Source of the DNA: an uncultured Planctomycetia bacterium | GTDB taxonomy: Bacteria; Omnitrophota; Gorgyraeia; Duberdicusellales; 4484-171 | DNA length: 64,000 bases | Direction of reading: 5' to 3' | NCBI GenBank assembly: GCA_964536865.1 | Contig: CAZHYN010000006.1 | Span: 6,674 to 70,673 of the forward strand | In this document: one piece after another, positions 29,815 to 38,187 of the stretch | How positions within the stretch are numbered: the first letter of the stretch is position 1 | Layout: each line of letters starts with the position of its first letter | Program-made: the position numbers and the translations under genes | The notes under the pieces: generated by a model | What the model saw: the letters and a program-made list of their open reading frames with translations, nothing else | What the model was told of the DNA's origin: nothing | Databases searched by the model: none

Positions 29815-30784
29815 GAAAGATAAAAGTATTCTAAAGTGGGCAGAAGAAGTTCTTTCTATAGAGGGAAAAGCTCTGTACTCCTTAAAGAAATCATTAAGTA
29901 GAAGGTTTATTAAGGCTGTAGAATTGGTTTCTAAGTGTTCAGGAAGGGTGGTAGTTACAGGTATGGGCAAAGCAGGTATTATTGGTCAGAAATTCTCGGC
30001 TACTTTAGCAAGTTTTGGGTTCTCTTCTTTCTGGCTTCATCCTGCAGAAGCAGTTCATGGAGATTTAGGAAGGATAAGGGAAGACGATGTAGTGGTGGTA
30101 CTTTCCTATAGTGGAGAAACAGAAGAGATAAAAAACTTAATACCTTTTGTTAAAAAAATTGGAGCAAGAGTGGTAGCTATTACAGGAAATGAAAGATCTA
30201 GTTTAGCAAAATATTCCGATGCTCTCATAAATACAAAAGTAGAGAAGGAAGCCTGCCCCTTAGGATTAGCTCCTACTACCTCTACCACAGCGATGCTAGC
30301 TATTTGTGATGCTATTGCTGTAGTGCTACAGAAGTTGAAAGGATTGAAAGAAAAAGATTTTGCTTTCTTTCATCCTCAAGGTTCACTGGGTAGGAAACTC
30401 CTTCTTAAGGTGAGAGATATTATGAGGAAAGGTAAATTTAATCCTATAGTTAAAGAAGATGCTTTAATAAAAGAGGTGTTAATAAAAATAACTTCTTCTC
30501 ATGCAGGAGCAGCTTCAGTGGTAAATAAAGATAAGAAGTTAGTGGGGATATTTACTGATGGTGATTTAAGGAGACACTTAGAAAGAGATCCTTATATTTT
30601 AGAGAGAAGAGTTAAAGAAGTTATGACTAAAAATCCTGTAGTAGTGAAAGATGATGATTTAGCCAGTAGTGCATTAAAGGTTTTAGAATCAAAAAAGATA
30701 GATGAGGTTCCTGTTGTTGATAGCCAAGGTCGATGTGTAGGAATGCTTGATGTTCAGGATTTAATATCTGCAGGATTAATTTGA
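29804..30784 (+). CDS. kdsD: Arabinose-5-phosphate isomerase (SIS + tandem CBS)
   Basis: SIS domain (VVVTGMGKAG) followed by two CBS domains. Confidence 0.85.
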   Translation: MRSKKDKSILKWAEEVLSIEGKALYSLKKSLSRRFIKAVELVSKCSGRVVVTGMGKAGIIGQKFSATLASFGFSSFWLHPAEAVHGDLGRIREDDVVVVLSYSGETEEIKNLIPFVKKIGARVVAITGNERSSLAKYSDALINTKVEKEACPLGLAPTTSTTAMLAICDAIAVVLQKLKGLKEKDFAFFHPQGSLGRKLLLKVRDIMRKGKFNPIVKEDALIKEVLIKITSSHAGAASVVNKDKKLVGIFTDGDLRRHLERDPYILERRVKEVMTKNPVVVKDDDLASSALKVLESKKIDEVPVVDSQGRCVGMLDVQDLISAGLI

Positions 30785-31320
30785 TGAGTAAAATATTAGA
30801 AAGATTTAAAAGAGTTAAACTTCTTGTTTTGGATGTCGACGGGGTCCTAACAAAAGGAGAGATAATCTATGACAATCAAGATAAAGAGTTGAAGATTTTT
30901 AATGTTAAGGATGGTTTGTCCGTTTTTTTGTTAAATAAAGTAGGTATAAACACGATTTTTCTTACTGCTAAAAATAGTAAAGTGGTAAGAAAGAGAGCTA
31001 AAGATATGGGAGTAAGAGAAGTAATAGGAGGAATCCTTCCTAAGAGTAAAGCCATAGAGAAAATCAAGAAAAAGTATAAGCTTAAAAAGGATGAAATATG
31101 CTTTATAGGCGATGATTTAATAGACATGAGTGCGATGAAAAGAGTGGGATTACCTATAGCAGTAAGAGACGCCCCTGGAGAGGTAAAAAGGTGTGCTTTG
31201 TACGTAACTAAAAATAGAGGAGGAGAGGGAGCGGTAAGAGAAGTAGTGGAGTGCATCCTTAAGGCGAAGAACCTTTGGAAGAAGATAGTAGGAGAAATAG
31301 ATAGTCTTATAGATAGATAA
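30781..31320 (+). CDS. kdsC: Kdo-8-phosphate phosphatase (HAD)
   Basis: HAD motif I (LVLDVDGVLT) and KdsC-like size. Confidence 0.8.
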   Translation: MMSKILERFKRVKLLVLDVDGVLTKGEIIYDNQDKELKIFNVKDGLSVFLLNKVGINTIFLTAKNSKVVRKRAKDMGVREVIGGILPKSKAIEKIKKKYKLKKDEICFIGDDLIDMSAMKRVGLPIAVRDAPGEVKRCALYVTKNRGGEGAVREVVECILKAKNLWKKIVGEIDSLIDR

Positions 31321-31464
31321 TAGATGTTTATCTATCCCATATCCATATTGATGAGTTAGTATGTTTCCTATTAAAAACAGATCAAGAGGGTCTATTCTGA
31401 TAAAAAGTTTTATCTTCCCTTTCTTGAAAAATTTTTAAAATTATGGTTTATATTAAAAGGGAAT

Positions 31465-31809
31465 ATGAGAAATGTAGCCTTTCTTTTAATTATAATTTTG
31501 TTTTTGTTCGCAGGGTCTCTACCAAGCTTTTCTCAAGAAGAGAATATACTTCTTTTAAAATTAAATCTTTTTGCTTCTAATCGGAATGGAGAAGATTTTT
31601 TAAATCTACTCATTACTCTATTTGGACCTCCCCAGAAGGTATTTAATTATCAGGGGTTAGACGTTTGGTTTTATCAGGAGTTAGATACTGCTCTCTTGAG
31701 TGAACCTATGGAAGAGGTATATTTACTTTTTCAAGGAAGAAAGCTTATCAAGATAGAGAAAGCCACCTCCCCCTTAAATCCTTACAATCAATTTGCTGTT
31801 TATCCTTAA
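31465..31809 (+). CDS. Hypothetical small secreted protein
   Basis: Signal-peptide-like N-terminus. ORF evidence only. Confidence 0.4.
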   Translation: MRNVAFLLIIILFLFAGSLPSFSQEENILLLKLNLFASNRNGEDFLNLLITLFGPPQKVFNYQGLDVWFYQELDTALLSEPMEEVYLLFQGRKLIKIEKATSPLNPYNQFAVYP

Positions 31810-31914
31810 GCTTCTACTCTCTCCCAAAATTTTGATTTTTCAAGTTCTCTATTTAGTGCTATAATTAAATGCTTTAAGAGTGAGATAAGAGAAAGATTTC
31901 ATTCCTATTCAGGG

Positions 31915-33897
31915 ATGGCGAAAAATACACAAAGGATGCTCAGGATTATAATGGATAATATAGCGATAGGTGTTTCTTTGATAAATCCCAAGATGCAGAT
32001 AATCTGGGTGAATAAGACCCTTAAGAAATCGTTTTCTAATATTGATGTGAGAAAAAAACCTTTTTGTTATCGTTCTTTCTACTATCCTCCCAAGAAAGAA
32101 ATGTGTGAGTATTGTCCTACTGCGAAAGCATTTTCTACGGGAAGGATGCACTCCTCGGAGACAGGCCTGTGTAGGGACAAGAGGATATATAGGATAACAG
32201 CTGTTCCTATAAAGAGCAGAAATGGGAAGGTTGATTACGTAGTTGAGACGATGGAGGATATTACTCAGATAAAGAGAAAAGACGTGGCTATCATAGAGGA
32301 ACAGCTGAAATATCGTACCCTAGTAGAACAATCTTTGCAAGGAATCGTGGTTGCTCGTGGTTTATCTCCCCGAATAATTTTTGCTAACTCTACTATGGAG
32401 AAGATTCTTGGTTATACTCCCCAAGAGCTACTCTCTTTTTCTCCTGAGAAGGTTAGAAAGTTAGTCCATCCTAAAGATAGAAAAGTCTTTTTTGATAAAA
32501 TCAGGAAGCAACTTCGAGGAAAGGTCTATCGGTCACAATATAAGATGCGAGGAGTTAAGAAAAATGGAGAAATTGTTTGGGTTGATGTTTCTTTAGCTAG
32601 AATTATTTATCAAGGTAAACCTGCAGTTCAAGTAACTTTTATAGATATAACTGAGAAGAAAAAAATCCAAGAACAACTTCAACGACTCAATAGAGAACTC
32701 CTGAAGTCAAATAAGCGTTTAAATCAATTGGTTTTAAAAGATTCTCTTACTGGGGTTTATAACTACCGCTATCTTGAGGAAGTAATTGAAAGAGAGTTTT
32801 ATCGTGCTAAAAGATATGGGCATCCATTTTCTGTAATAATGTTAGATATAGATTACTTTAAATCTATAAATGAGATTTATGGGCAGAAATTCGGAGATTT
32901 AATATTAAAGCAGGTTGCAGAACATCTAAGGAAACTCGTACGTCGCTACGATATTGTTGTCCGATTTGCAGGGGAGGGATTTGTTATTGTATCTTCAGGT
33001 ACAGATAGAACTACAGCAATGAATTTGGCTTGGAGGATTCTAGATAGTTTTCGTATTTCTAATTTCGGTACCAAAGATAATTCTATAAAACTAAAGTTAA
33101 GTATAGGAGTTGTTTCTTATCCTGAGAATTCAGTAGTGAAAGGTTTTGATTTAATTAATTTTGCTGAGAAAGTTTTAAGTAAAGCTAAGGAGGATGGAGG
33201 CGATAGAGTATATTCATCTGAAGATTTAGAAGAGAAAGGAGAAGAGATTTCTGGAGAAGAGGCAGAAGGAAAAGAGGTAAAGGATGTTGAGATTCTAAAG
33301 GAGAAAATAAAGAAACTTACTAAGGAGGCTAATCAGAGTCTGATAGAGGCAGTTTTTGCCTTTGCTCGCACGATTAAATTAAAGGATAGTTATACAGGAG
33401 AACATGTAGAAAGTACGGTTTACTACGCTACCGAGATTGCTCGTAAGTTAGGTTTATCATCTCGAGAAGTAGAACTTATAAGGCAGGCAGCAATTTTGCA
33501 TGATTTAGGGAAAGTAGGTATAAGTGAAAGGCTCCTTCTTAAGAATGCTAAGTTTACTAAACGAGAGTTGAAGCAAATTAGAAAACATCCTCAGATTGCT
33601 ATAGATATTATAAGGCCAATCCATTCTTTACATGATATCATTCCTTTTATTCTTTATCATCACGAGAGATGGGATGGAAAAGGTTACCCTAGTGGTTTAA
33701 AAGGGGAAGAGATTCCTCTGGGAGCAAGAGTTATTGCTGTTGCCGATGTATATCAAGCTTTGATTTCTAATCGTCCCTATCGAAAAGCTTATCCTAAAAA
33801 GAAAGCTATTCAGATAATTAAAAAAGGAAGAGGCACACAATTTGATCCTCAGGTAGTAGATGCGTTTTTAGAGATTCTTCATAAAGAGGAAAGGTAA
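31915..33897 (+). CDS. PAS - degenerate GGDEF - HD-GYP signalling protein (probable c-di-GMP phosphodiesterase)
   Basis: PAS region. GGDEF domain with a degenerate active site (RFAGEGF instead of GG[DE]EF). HD-GYP domain with HD (ILHDLGK) and GYP (WDGKGYP). Confidence 0.75.
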   Translation: MAKNTQRMLRIIMDNIAIGVSLINPKMQIIWVNKTLKKSFSNIDVRKKPFCYRSFYYPPKKEMCEYCPTAKAFSTGRMHSSETGLCRDKRIYRITAVPIKSRNGKVDYVVETMEDITQIKRKDVAIIEEQLKYRTLVEQSLQGIVVARGLSPRIIFANSTMEKILGYTPQELLSFSPEKVRKLVHPKDRKVFFDKIRKQLRGKVYRSQYKMRGVKKNGEIVWVDVSLARIIYQGKPAVQVTFIDITEKKKIQEQLQRLNRELLKSNKRLNQLVLKDSLTGVYNYRYLEEVIEREFYRAKRYGHPFSVIMLDIDYFKSINEIYGQKFGDLILKQVAEHLRKLVRRYDIVVRFAGEGFVIVSSGTDRTTAMNLAWRILDSFRISNFGTKDNSIKLKLSIGVVSYPENSVVKGFDLINFAEKVLSKAKEDGGDRVYSSEDLEEKGEEISGEEAEGKEVKDVEILKEKIKKLTKEANQSLIEAVFAFARTIKLKDSYTGEHVESTVYYATEIARKLGLSSREVELIRQAAILHDLGKVGISERLLLKNAKFTKRELKQIRKHPQIAIDIIRPIHSLHDIIPFILYHHERWDGKGYPSGLKGEEIPLGARVIAVADVYQALISNRPYRKAYPKKKAIQIIKKGRGTQFDPQVVDAFLEILHKEER

Positions 33898-34140
33898 AAT
33901 ACTAAATTAAATTTAACCACTTCTTGTGGGAGTCCTCGCAAGCCATTTTATAAAGAGAGTAGAAATATTTTTGGATAATCAAGAGGAGCTTATAGTGTAT
34001 AAGTTTTTCTTTTAATGAGGAGATTGTAAAAAATTACAGGAGGCTTTTTAGAAAAAGAGTTTATCCTTTGGAAATTGTCTTCTCAAGAACATCCTGTCAG
34101 CTCTAAATAATTATGCACCTTTTATTAAATTACAAAATTC

Positions 34141-34168
34141 TTGCCTAAATATTTTTCTATGTTATAAT
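34141..34168 (+). promoter_or_regulatory. Sigma70-like promoter upstream of the tRNA-Phe locus (TTGCCT-16-TATAAT)
   Basis: TTGCCT at 34141-34146 and TATAAT at 34163-34168, about 20 nt upstream of the first tRNA-Phe 5'-half copy. Confidence 0.45.
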
Positions 34169-34188
34169 TTTCTAACAATTTAGTAAGT

Positions 34189-34222
34189 GCCGAGGTAGCT
34201 CAGGAGGTAGAGCGAGGGACTG
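34189..34222 (+). pseudogene. Orphan 5' half of tRNA-Phe (positions 1-34, identity stops inside the anticodon loop), followed by a three-hairpin structured segment
   Basis: 34187-34222 is identical to the 5' 36 nt (including the 2 upstream nt) of the complete tRNA-Phe gene 135 bp downstream. It diverges sharply after G34. 34226-34275 forms nested hairpins: gtgat[ctccgac-gtta-gtcggag][ttgccc-gaa-gggcaa]atcac. Confidence 0.7.
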
Positions 34223-34323
34223 TATGTGATCTCCGACGTTAGTCGGAGTTGCCCGAAGGGCAAAATCACATCCAGTTATTACTTTTGCTTAATCGAAAAA
34301 CTTTTGATTAAAAATAAAACTGT

Positions 34324-34396
34324 GCCGAGGTAGCTCAGGAGGTAGAGCGAGGGACTGAAAATCCCTGCGTCGGGGGTTCGACTCCCTCCCTCGGCA
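34324..34396 (+). tRNA. tRNA-Phe (anticodon GAA), CCA not encoded
   Basis: Cloverleaf read by hand: acceptor gccgagg/cctcggc, D-arm gctc/gagc, anticodon stem aggga/tccct with loop ctGAAaa, T-arm ggggg-ttcgact-ccctc, discriminator A. Confidence 0.9.
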
Positions 34397-34505
34397 CTTT
34401 TATCTCTAATTTATAAGTTTATTCTCCTCTCTGTGCGTCTTTAAGTGTTCCTAGGCAATGTCGGATCCAACATATAAATACTTTGGTTTCACCAAAGGTT
34501 GGATA

Positions 34506-34523
34506 CGACTCCCTCCCTCGGCA
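34506..34523 (+). repeat. 18-nt perfect copy of the tRNA-Phe 3' end (T-loop C56 to discriminator), preceded by a hairpin
   Basis: cgactccctccctcggca is identical to 34379-34396. The hairpin tccaac...ctttggt-ttc-accaaag...gttgga abuts it upstream. Confidence 0.85.
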
Positions 34524-34630
34524 TAGTTTATCCTCACATTCATTAACTTCTTTTTTAAGCTGGAAGTTAGCTCTGAGACGAAAGTATCGTCGGAACAAAT
34601 AAGGGAAAATCGCCTTTGGCGAATTTGTTA

Positions 34631-34648
34631 CGACTCCCTCCCTCGGCA
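34631..34648 (+). repeat. Second 18-nt perfect copy of the tRNA-Phe 3' end, preceded by hairpins
   Basis: cgactccctccctcggca(c) is identical to the tRNA 3' end. The upstream spacer carries hairpins gacga-aagta-tcgtc and tcgcc-tttg-ggcga. It lies 125 bp from the previous copy. Confidence 0.85.
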
Positions 34649-34725
34649 CTTTTTGTTTTTAAAGTCAGAATTGGAGATATTTTATTTCTGAAGTTACTTC
34701 CTACTTTATTATCTTATTAGTGTTC

Positions 34726-35109
34726 CTATTTTGATAGAAAAGATATGATTTTAGGGAAAAAGAGGATTAAGCCAATAATTATTGCTCCTAAAGAGGAGAG
34801 GAGAACTGCTGCGGATGATATATCTTTAAGGAGCTTTATTTTAGGATCATTTTGAGGCTGGATCATATTAAGAATATACTCCACAAGAGTATTAAAAACT
34901 TCACATACGAAAACACCAACAGTAACAATTATCAATATAACAAGTTCATCTGGAGAGAGTTTAAAAATGATACCGAACACAATTACTATCAAGCCAATGA
35001 GGAATATAAGACGCGCATTTCTTTCCGTTGCAAGTACAACTTTTAATCCTTTTAAAGCTCCCAAAAGACTTTCTCTTATGTTTCTATGTTTCCAAATTTT
35101 ATTAGCCAT
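34726..35109 (-). CDS. dgkA: Diacylglycerol kinase (prokaryotic DgkA family)
   Basis: A roughly 120-aa three-TM protein with a DgkA-like conserved core. Confidence 0.7.
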   Translation of the reverse strand: MANKIWKHRNIRESLLGALKGLKVVLATERNARLIFLIGLIVIVFGIIFKLSPDELVILIIVTVGVFVCEVFNTLVEYILNMIQPQNDPKIKLLKDISSAAVLLSSLGAIIIGLILFFPKIISFLSK

Positions 35110-35138
35110 TAATTTTCTTTGCTATTCTTTATGCAATA

Positions 35139-38100
35139 TCAAAATGGTAAACCAAATCCTCCATGGAGACGTGAGCGAGTAGTATCTTTATCTGCTCCTA
35201 TCTTAAATCCATAGTCTAATTTTACAAATCCCCATTTTGTTCTAAATCGCAATCCTATCCCACCTCCGCTTTTAAATTTATTCAAAGAAAAATCATTCGC
35301 TTCCTCTATTAGAAATCCTGTATCCAAAAATGCAGCTCCATAGAGTAGATTCTTATACAAAGGAAATCTAAATTCTATATTGATTACACCAAAAAAATTC
35401 CCTCCTAACGGAAGAAGATTGTTATCTAGCATTCCTACTTTTCTTCCTTTGTACCCTCTTATAGTAGAAGAACCTCCTATATAAAACTTTTCAAAAAAAG
35501 GAACTTCATTAGTTCCCCCAAAAGCATCTAAATATCCCCATTTAGTTCTGAGTACAAACACTCTATCTTTTTTAAGATTATAATAACGGCGGTAATCTAA
35601 TTGAATTCTATAGAAATCAAAATCTGAACCAATAATTTGAGAAGAGATGTCTTGTTGAATTTTAAAGTAGGTTCCACTGGTAGGATAAATTTTATCATTA
35701 GTAGTTTTTCTTAGAAATTTTATGAATAAGAAATCTACTTTAGGTTTTCCATAATAACTTTTAATTTTGACAGGTGCAGAAGGGTCTAAATCATAAATAC
35801 TATACTTATAGGAGGAAAATCCTAAATAGATTTTACTATTTTGTGTAAAATATGTTCCCAGATAGAGATCGTACATAAGTTTCCCTTTCAAATTATATCT
35901 TGAATCTGATTCCCATCGTCCCTTAAATGAGAGGCCACCAAAGAATATACTGTTCAATATTTCATCCTTTTCAAAGCCTAATTTTAACTTCTTTTCATAA
36001 GAGGAGTATTTACCTCCAAAAATACCCTTAAAGTTCTTATGTTCATACTTTAGGTGTGCTTTTTCTCCAGTAGGTGCGGATATTTTTAGTTCTCCTATTC
36101 TTTGGATTTTCTTTTCCTCTTTTAAAGTAAGATTAAGAAATTCTAAAATTTTATTTTCGACGTATCCAAAAGATAAGTAAGAACTGAAGTGCCCCTCCGG
36201 AAGCCAAATAATGCGGGGATATTCCAGAGAACGCCATAGACTCACGCTACACTCAGAGGGCATGTCCTTGTCAAATAGAGCATTTATCATAAGGATAGTT
36301 TTGTTTTTGGCTTTAAAAGAAAAATTTAAAGGATCGATAATATTTACCTCTTCTAGGATTTTCTGTATCTGTTTTTCTTTAAGTTTTAATCTATATTTTT
36401 TAAGTAATCTACTCTTTAGTATAAACTTTTCGAAATCTGCACCCCCAAGGAGAAATACACCTCTGTTTATCGTTGCATCTTTGCCTAGAAGAGTTCCTGC
36501 AATGATAGCTCCTAGACTTAATCCTCCCAGAGCTATCCTATCATTATTTATAAAAGATTGTCTCTTCAGCCACTCTAAGGTATTTCCCCCTTCAATAGTT
36601 AGTTCTTTTATTAGATCTGTATAAATTTTTACTCTTTTTTGAAGGGATATATTCCTTAGTCTATCTTTATGTTGATGGTAAAATTTTTTTGCACCTAGTT
36701 CTAAAGTTACAAAAGCAAAATTATTCTTCGTTAAGAATTTTCCTAAATTTTCTTCAATGAATTTACTTACCCCTCCAGAGTGAGGGAGGAAAAATAAACA
36801 AGGATATTTTCCCTTCTTATTAGAAAGGAAGAGATAGATAAAAATATATTTGTTAGGTAATTTTAAATCTAATTTGCTTTCATAAACAAAAGTTAATTTT
36901 CTATAGTATTTTTTATTTTCTTCTTTTTCTAAAATAGGAAATATTTCTCTTTCATTTTCTTTCAAAAATCGATAAGGATTTTTAGTAGTTTTTGGAGGCA
37001 ATTTTTTGCCAAATTCTTTTTCTAGGGAAAAATCAATTTCTTTTTCAGAGAGGAGGAAATACAGTCTTAGTTCATCAGGAACGAACAAGACACTTTGTAA
37101 AGTTCCCCCTCCTTTCCCTATAGGTGGTGTTCTTAATAAATTAAATGTACTTTTTAAATCAAACTTTTTATTGCCTCTCGCAGTTTTCTTGAACTGAACC
37201 AATCGCTTATACGAACTAGTTTCTTCTAATTTTGTCTTTGGATACACCGCTTTCATAGTTTGGAATAGTCTTTCTGTGAGATAGTGATTTACAGCAATAA
37301 GATACTTATCTTTTGGAAAAATAATCTCGTACATTCTTGCTGAGACTTCTGCGACAAATGCACTGTTCGTTTTCCCATCAGTTATAGTTATGGTATATCC
37401 CCTCATTCTTTTTGATTTAGATATTTCTCTTAGAGCTTTCCATAGATCAGGAGAATATTGGATAATTTTCCTTAAAAGGAACATAATCGGGATTCCAGTT
37501 TTTGATAAATCTTCAGTTCCCACTCCAGTTTCTCCTAAAGATATTCTATTTGCATTCATACCAGTTAACACTCCACACATTCCTGGCCAGCCAATGTGCA
37601 CAAAAGGAAAGCCATTGTCGGGTTCTACGAAAAAGATTACCCTATTTTTAAATAGATTTTTTCGTGGAGCAAAACCTAGATTTCTTCCATGAAAAAGTTT
37701 GTTACTTTGAGTTAATTCAGGCAAAAGTACGAAATTAGTACATGTTTTTTTAATTTTTCTTAAGAGAGGCATAACATCTAGAAAGGTATGCATCAGAAGA
37801 ATTTTTTGATAAGATAGACCGCTTCCTTTAGCCACTCCTCTCATTTCTTCCCTAAATTCAGAAGGGATATATTTTTCTAATTGTCTCGATTTAAGTTTAA
37901 AGTACTGCAAGATAATCCACCGTTTTAATTTTGAATGAGAAGAACTTTGGAGAAGCTCTTTTAAGAAGTAATTATTATAAAGTTGACGAATTTGGTTTCT
38001 TAAAAGATATCCGTGCTGAAATCCTCTTATAAATGGAGAACCTTTAAGATGAACTACAAGAATTCCATTTGTATTTTTTAAAGACGCTCCTTTTAGATAG

Positions 38101-38177
38101 TTTACTTTAGGTGAAGTGGAAGAAGGAAGGATAAAGAAAATAGTAATAGTAAAAATCGAAACAATAAATTTCTTCAC
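35139..38177 (-). CDS. Secreted multidomain protein: signal peptide - peptidase C45 (acyl-CoA:6-APA acyltransferase-like Ntn hydrolase) - alpha/beta hydrolase - POTRA/Omp85 (D15 surface antigen) beta-barrel
   Basis: N-terminal signal (MKKFIVSIFTITIFFILPSS). The C45 region has a putative nucleophile Cys (KTCTNF) and a GRNLGF motif. The alpha/beta hydrolase region has GLSLG (GxSxG) plus downstream Asp/His. The C-terminal roughly 300 aa is rich in alternating aromatic beta strands and ends in a terminal F, matching a BamA/TpsB-type barrel. Confidence 0.6.
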   Translation of the reverse strand: MKKFIVSIFTITIFFILPSSTSPKVNYLKGASLKNTNGILVVHLKGSPFIRGFQHGYLLRNQIRQLYNNYFLKELLQSSSHSKLKRWIILQYFKLKSRQLEKYIPSEFREEMRGVAKGSGLSYQKILLMHTFLDVMPLLRKIKKTCTNFVLLPELTQSNKLFHGRNLGFAPRKNLFKNRVIFFVEPDNGFPFVHIGWPGMCGVLTGMNANRISLGETGVGTEDLSKTGIPIMFLLRKIIQYSPDLWKALREISKSKRMRGYTITITDGKTNSAFVAEVSARMYEIIFPKDKYLIAVNHYLTERLFQTMKAVYPKTKLEETSSYKRLVQFKKTARGNKKFDLKSTFNLLRTPPIGKGGGTLQSVLFVPDELRLYFLLSEKEIDFSLEKEFGKKLPPKTTKNPYRFLKENEREIFPILEKEENKKYYRKLTFVYESKLDLKLPNKYIFIYLFLSNKKGKYPCLFFLPHSGGVSKFIEENLGKFLTKNNFAFVTLELGAKKFYHQHKDRLRNISLQKRVKIYTDLIKELTIEGGNTLEWLKRQSFINNDRIALGGLSLGAIIAGTLLGKDATINRGVFLLGGADFEKFILKSRLLKKYRLKLKEKQIQKILEEVNIIDPLNFSFKAKNKTILMINALFDKDMPSECSVSLWRSLEYPRIIWLPEGHFSSYLSFGYVENKILEFLNLTLKEEKKIQRIGELKISAPTGEKAHLKYEHKNFKGIFGGKYSSYEKKLKLGFEKDEILNSIFFGGLSFKGRWESDSRYNLKGKLMYDLYLGTYFTQNSKIYLGFSSYKYSIYDLDPSAPVKIKSYYGKPKVDFLFIKFLRKTTNDKIYPTSGTYFKIQQDISSQIIGSDFDFYRIQLDYRRYYNLKKDRVFVLRTKWGYLDAFGGTNEVPFFEKFYIGGSSTIRGYKGRKVGMLDNNLLPLGGNFFGVINIEFRFPLYKNLLYGAAFLDTGFLIEEANDFSLNKFKSGGGIGLRFRTKWGFVKLDYGFKIGADKDTTRSRLHGGFGLPF

Positions 38178-38187
38178 AAAATCTATT

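Noticed and set aside
34189-34396. Group I intron or split tRNA explanation for the tRNA-Phe 5' half followed by a structured segment
   Set aside because: The structured insert is only about 100 nt and is followed by a complete, uninterrupted tRNA-Phe rather than by the 3' half. No 3' half complementary to the orphan 5' half exists. So this is a partial duplication, not an interrupted gene.
34419-34649. 76-aa minus-strand ORF overlapping the tRNA-Phe 3'-fragment repeats
   Set aside because: It lies entirely within the repeat/hairpin array, has no RBS or recognisable domain, and its frame is created by the repeated tRNA-derived sequence. It is most likely spurious.
34379-34660. Interpreting the tRNA-derived repeat/filler arrays (Phe and Met loci) as CRISPR arrays
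   Set aside because: The repeats are only 18-21 nt and are exact copies of the adjacent tRNA 3' end. The fillers are ~107-117 nt, far longer than CRISPR spacers. There are only two or three units. No cas genes or leader are present in the window. The architecture is only superficially CRISPR-like.
34852-35182. Two short plus-strand ORFs (34852-35046, 34967-35182) antisense to dgkA and the 3' end of the large secreted protein gene
   Set aside because: They are antisense to well-supported genes, low-complexity and AT-rich. They are typical six-frame noise.
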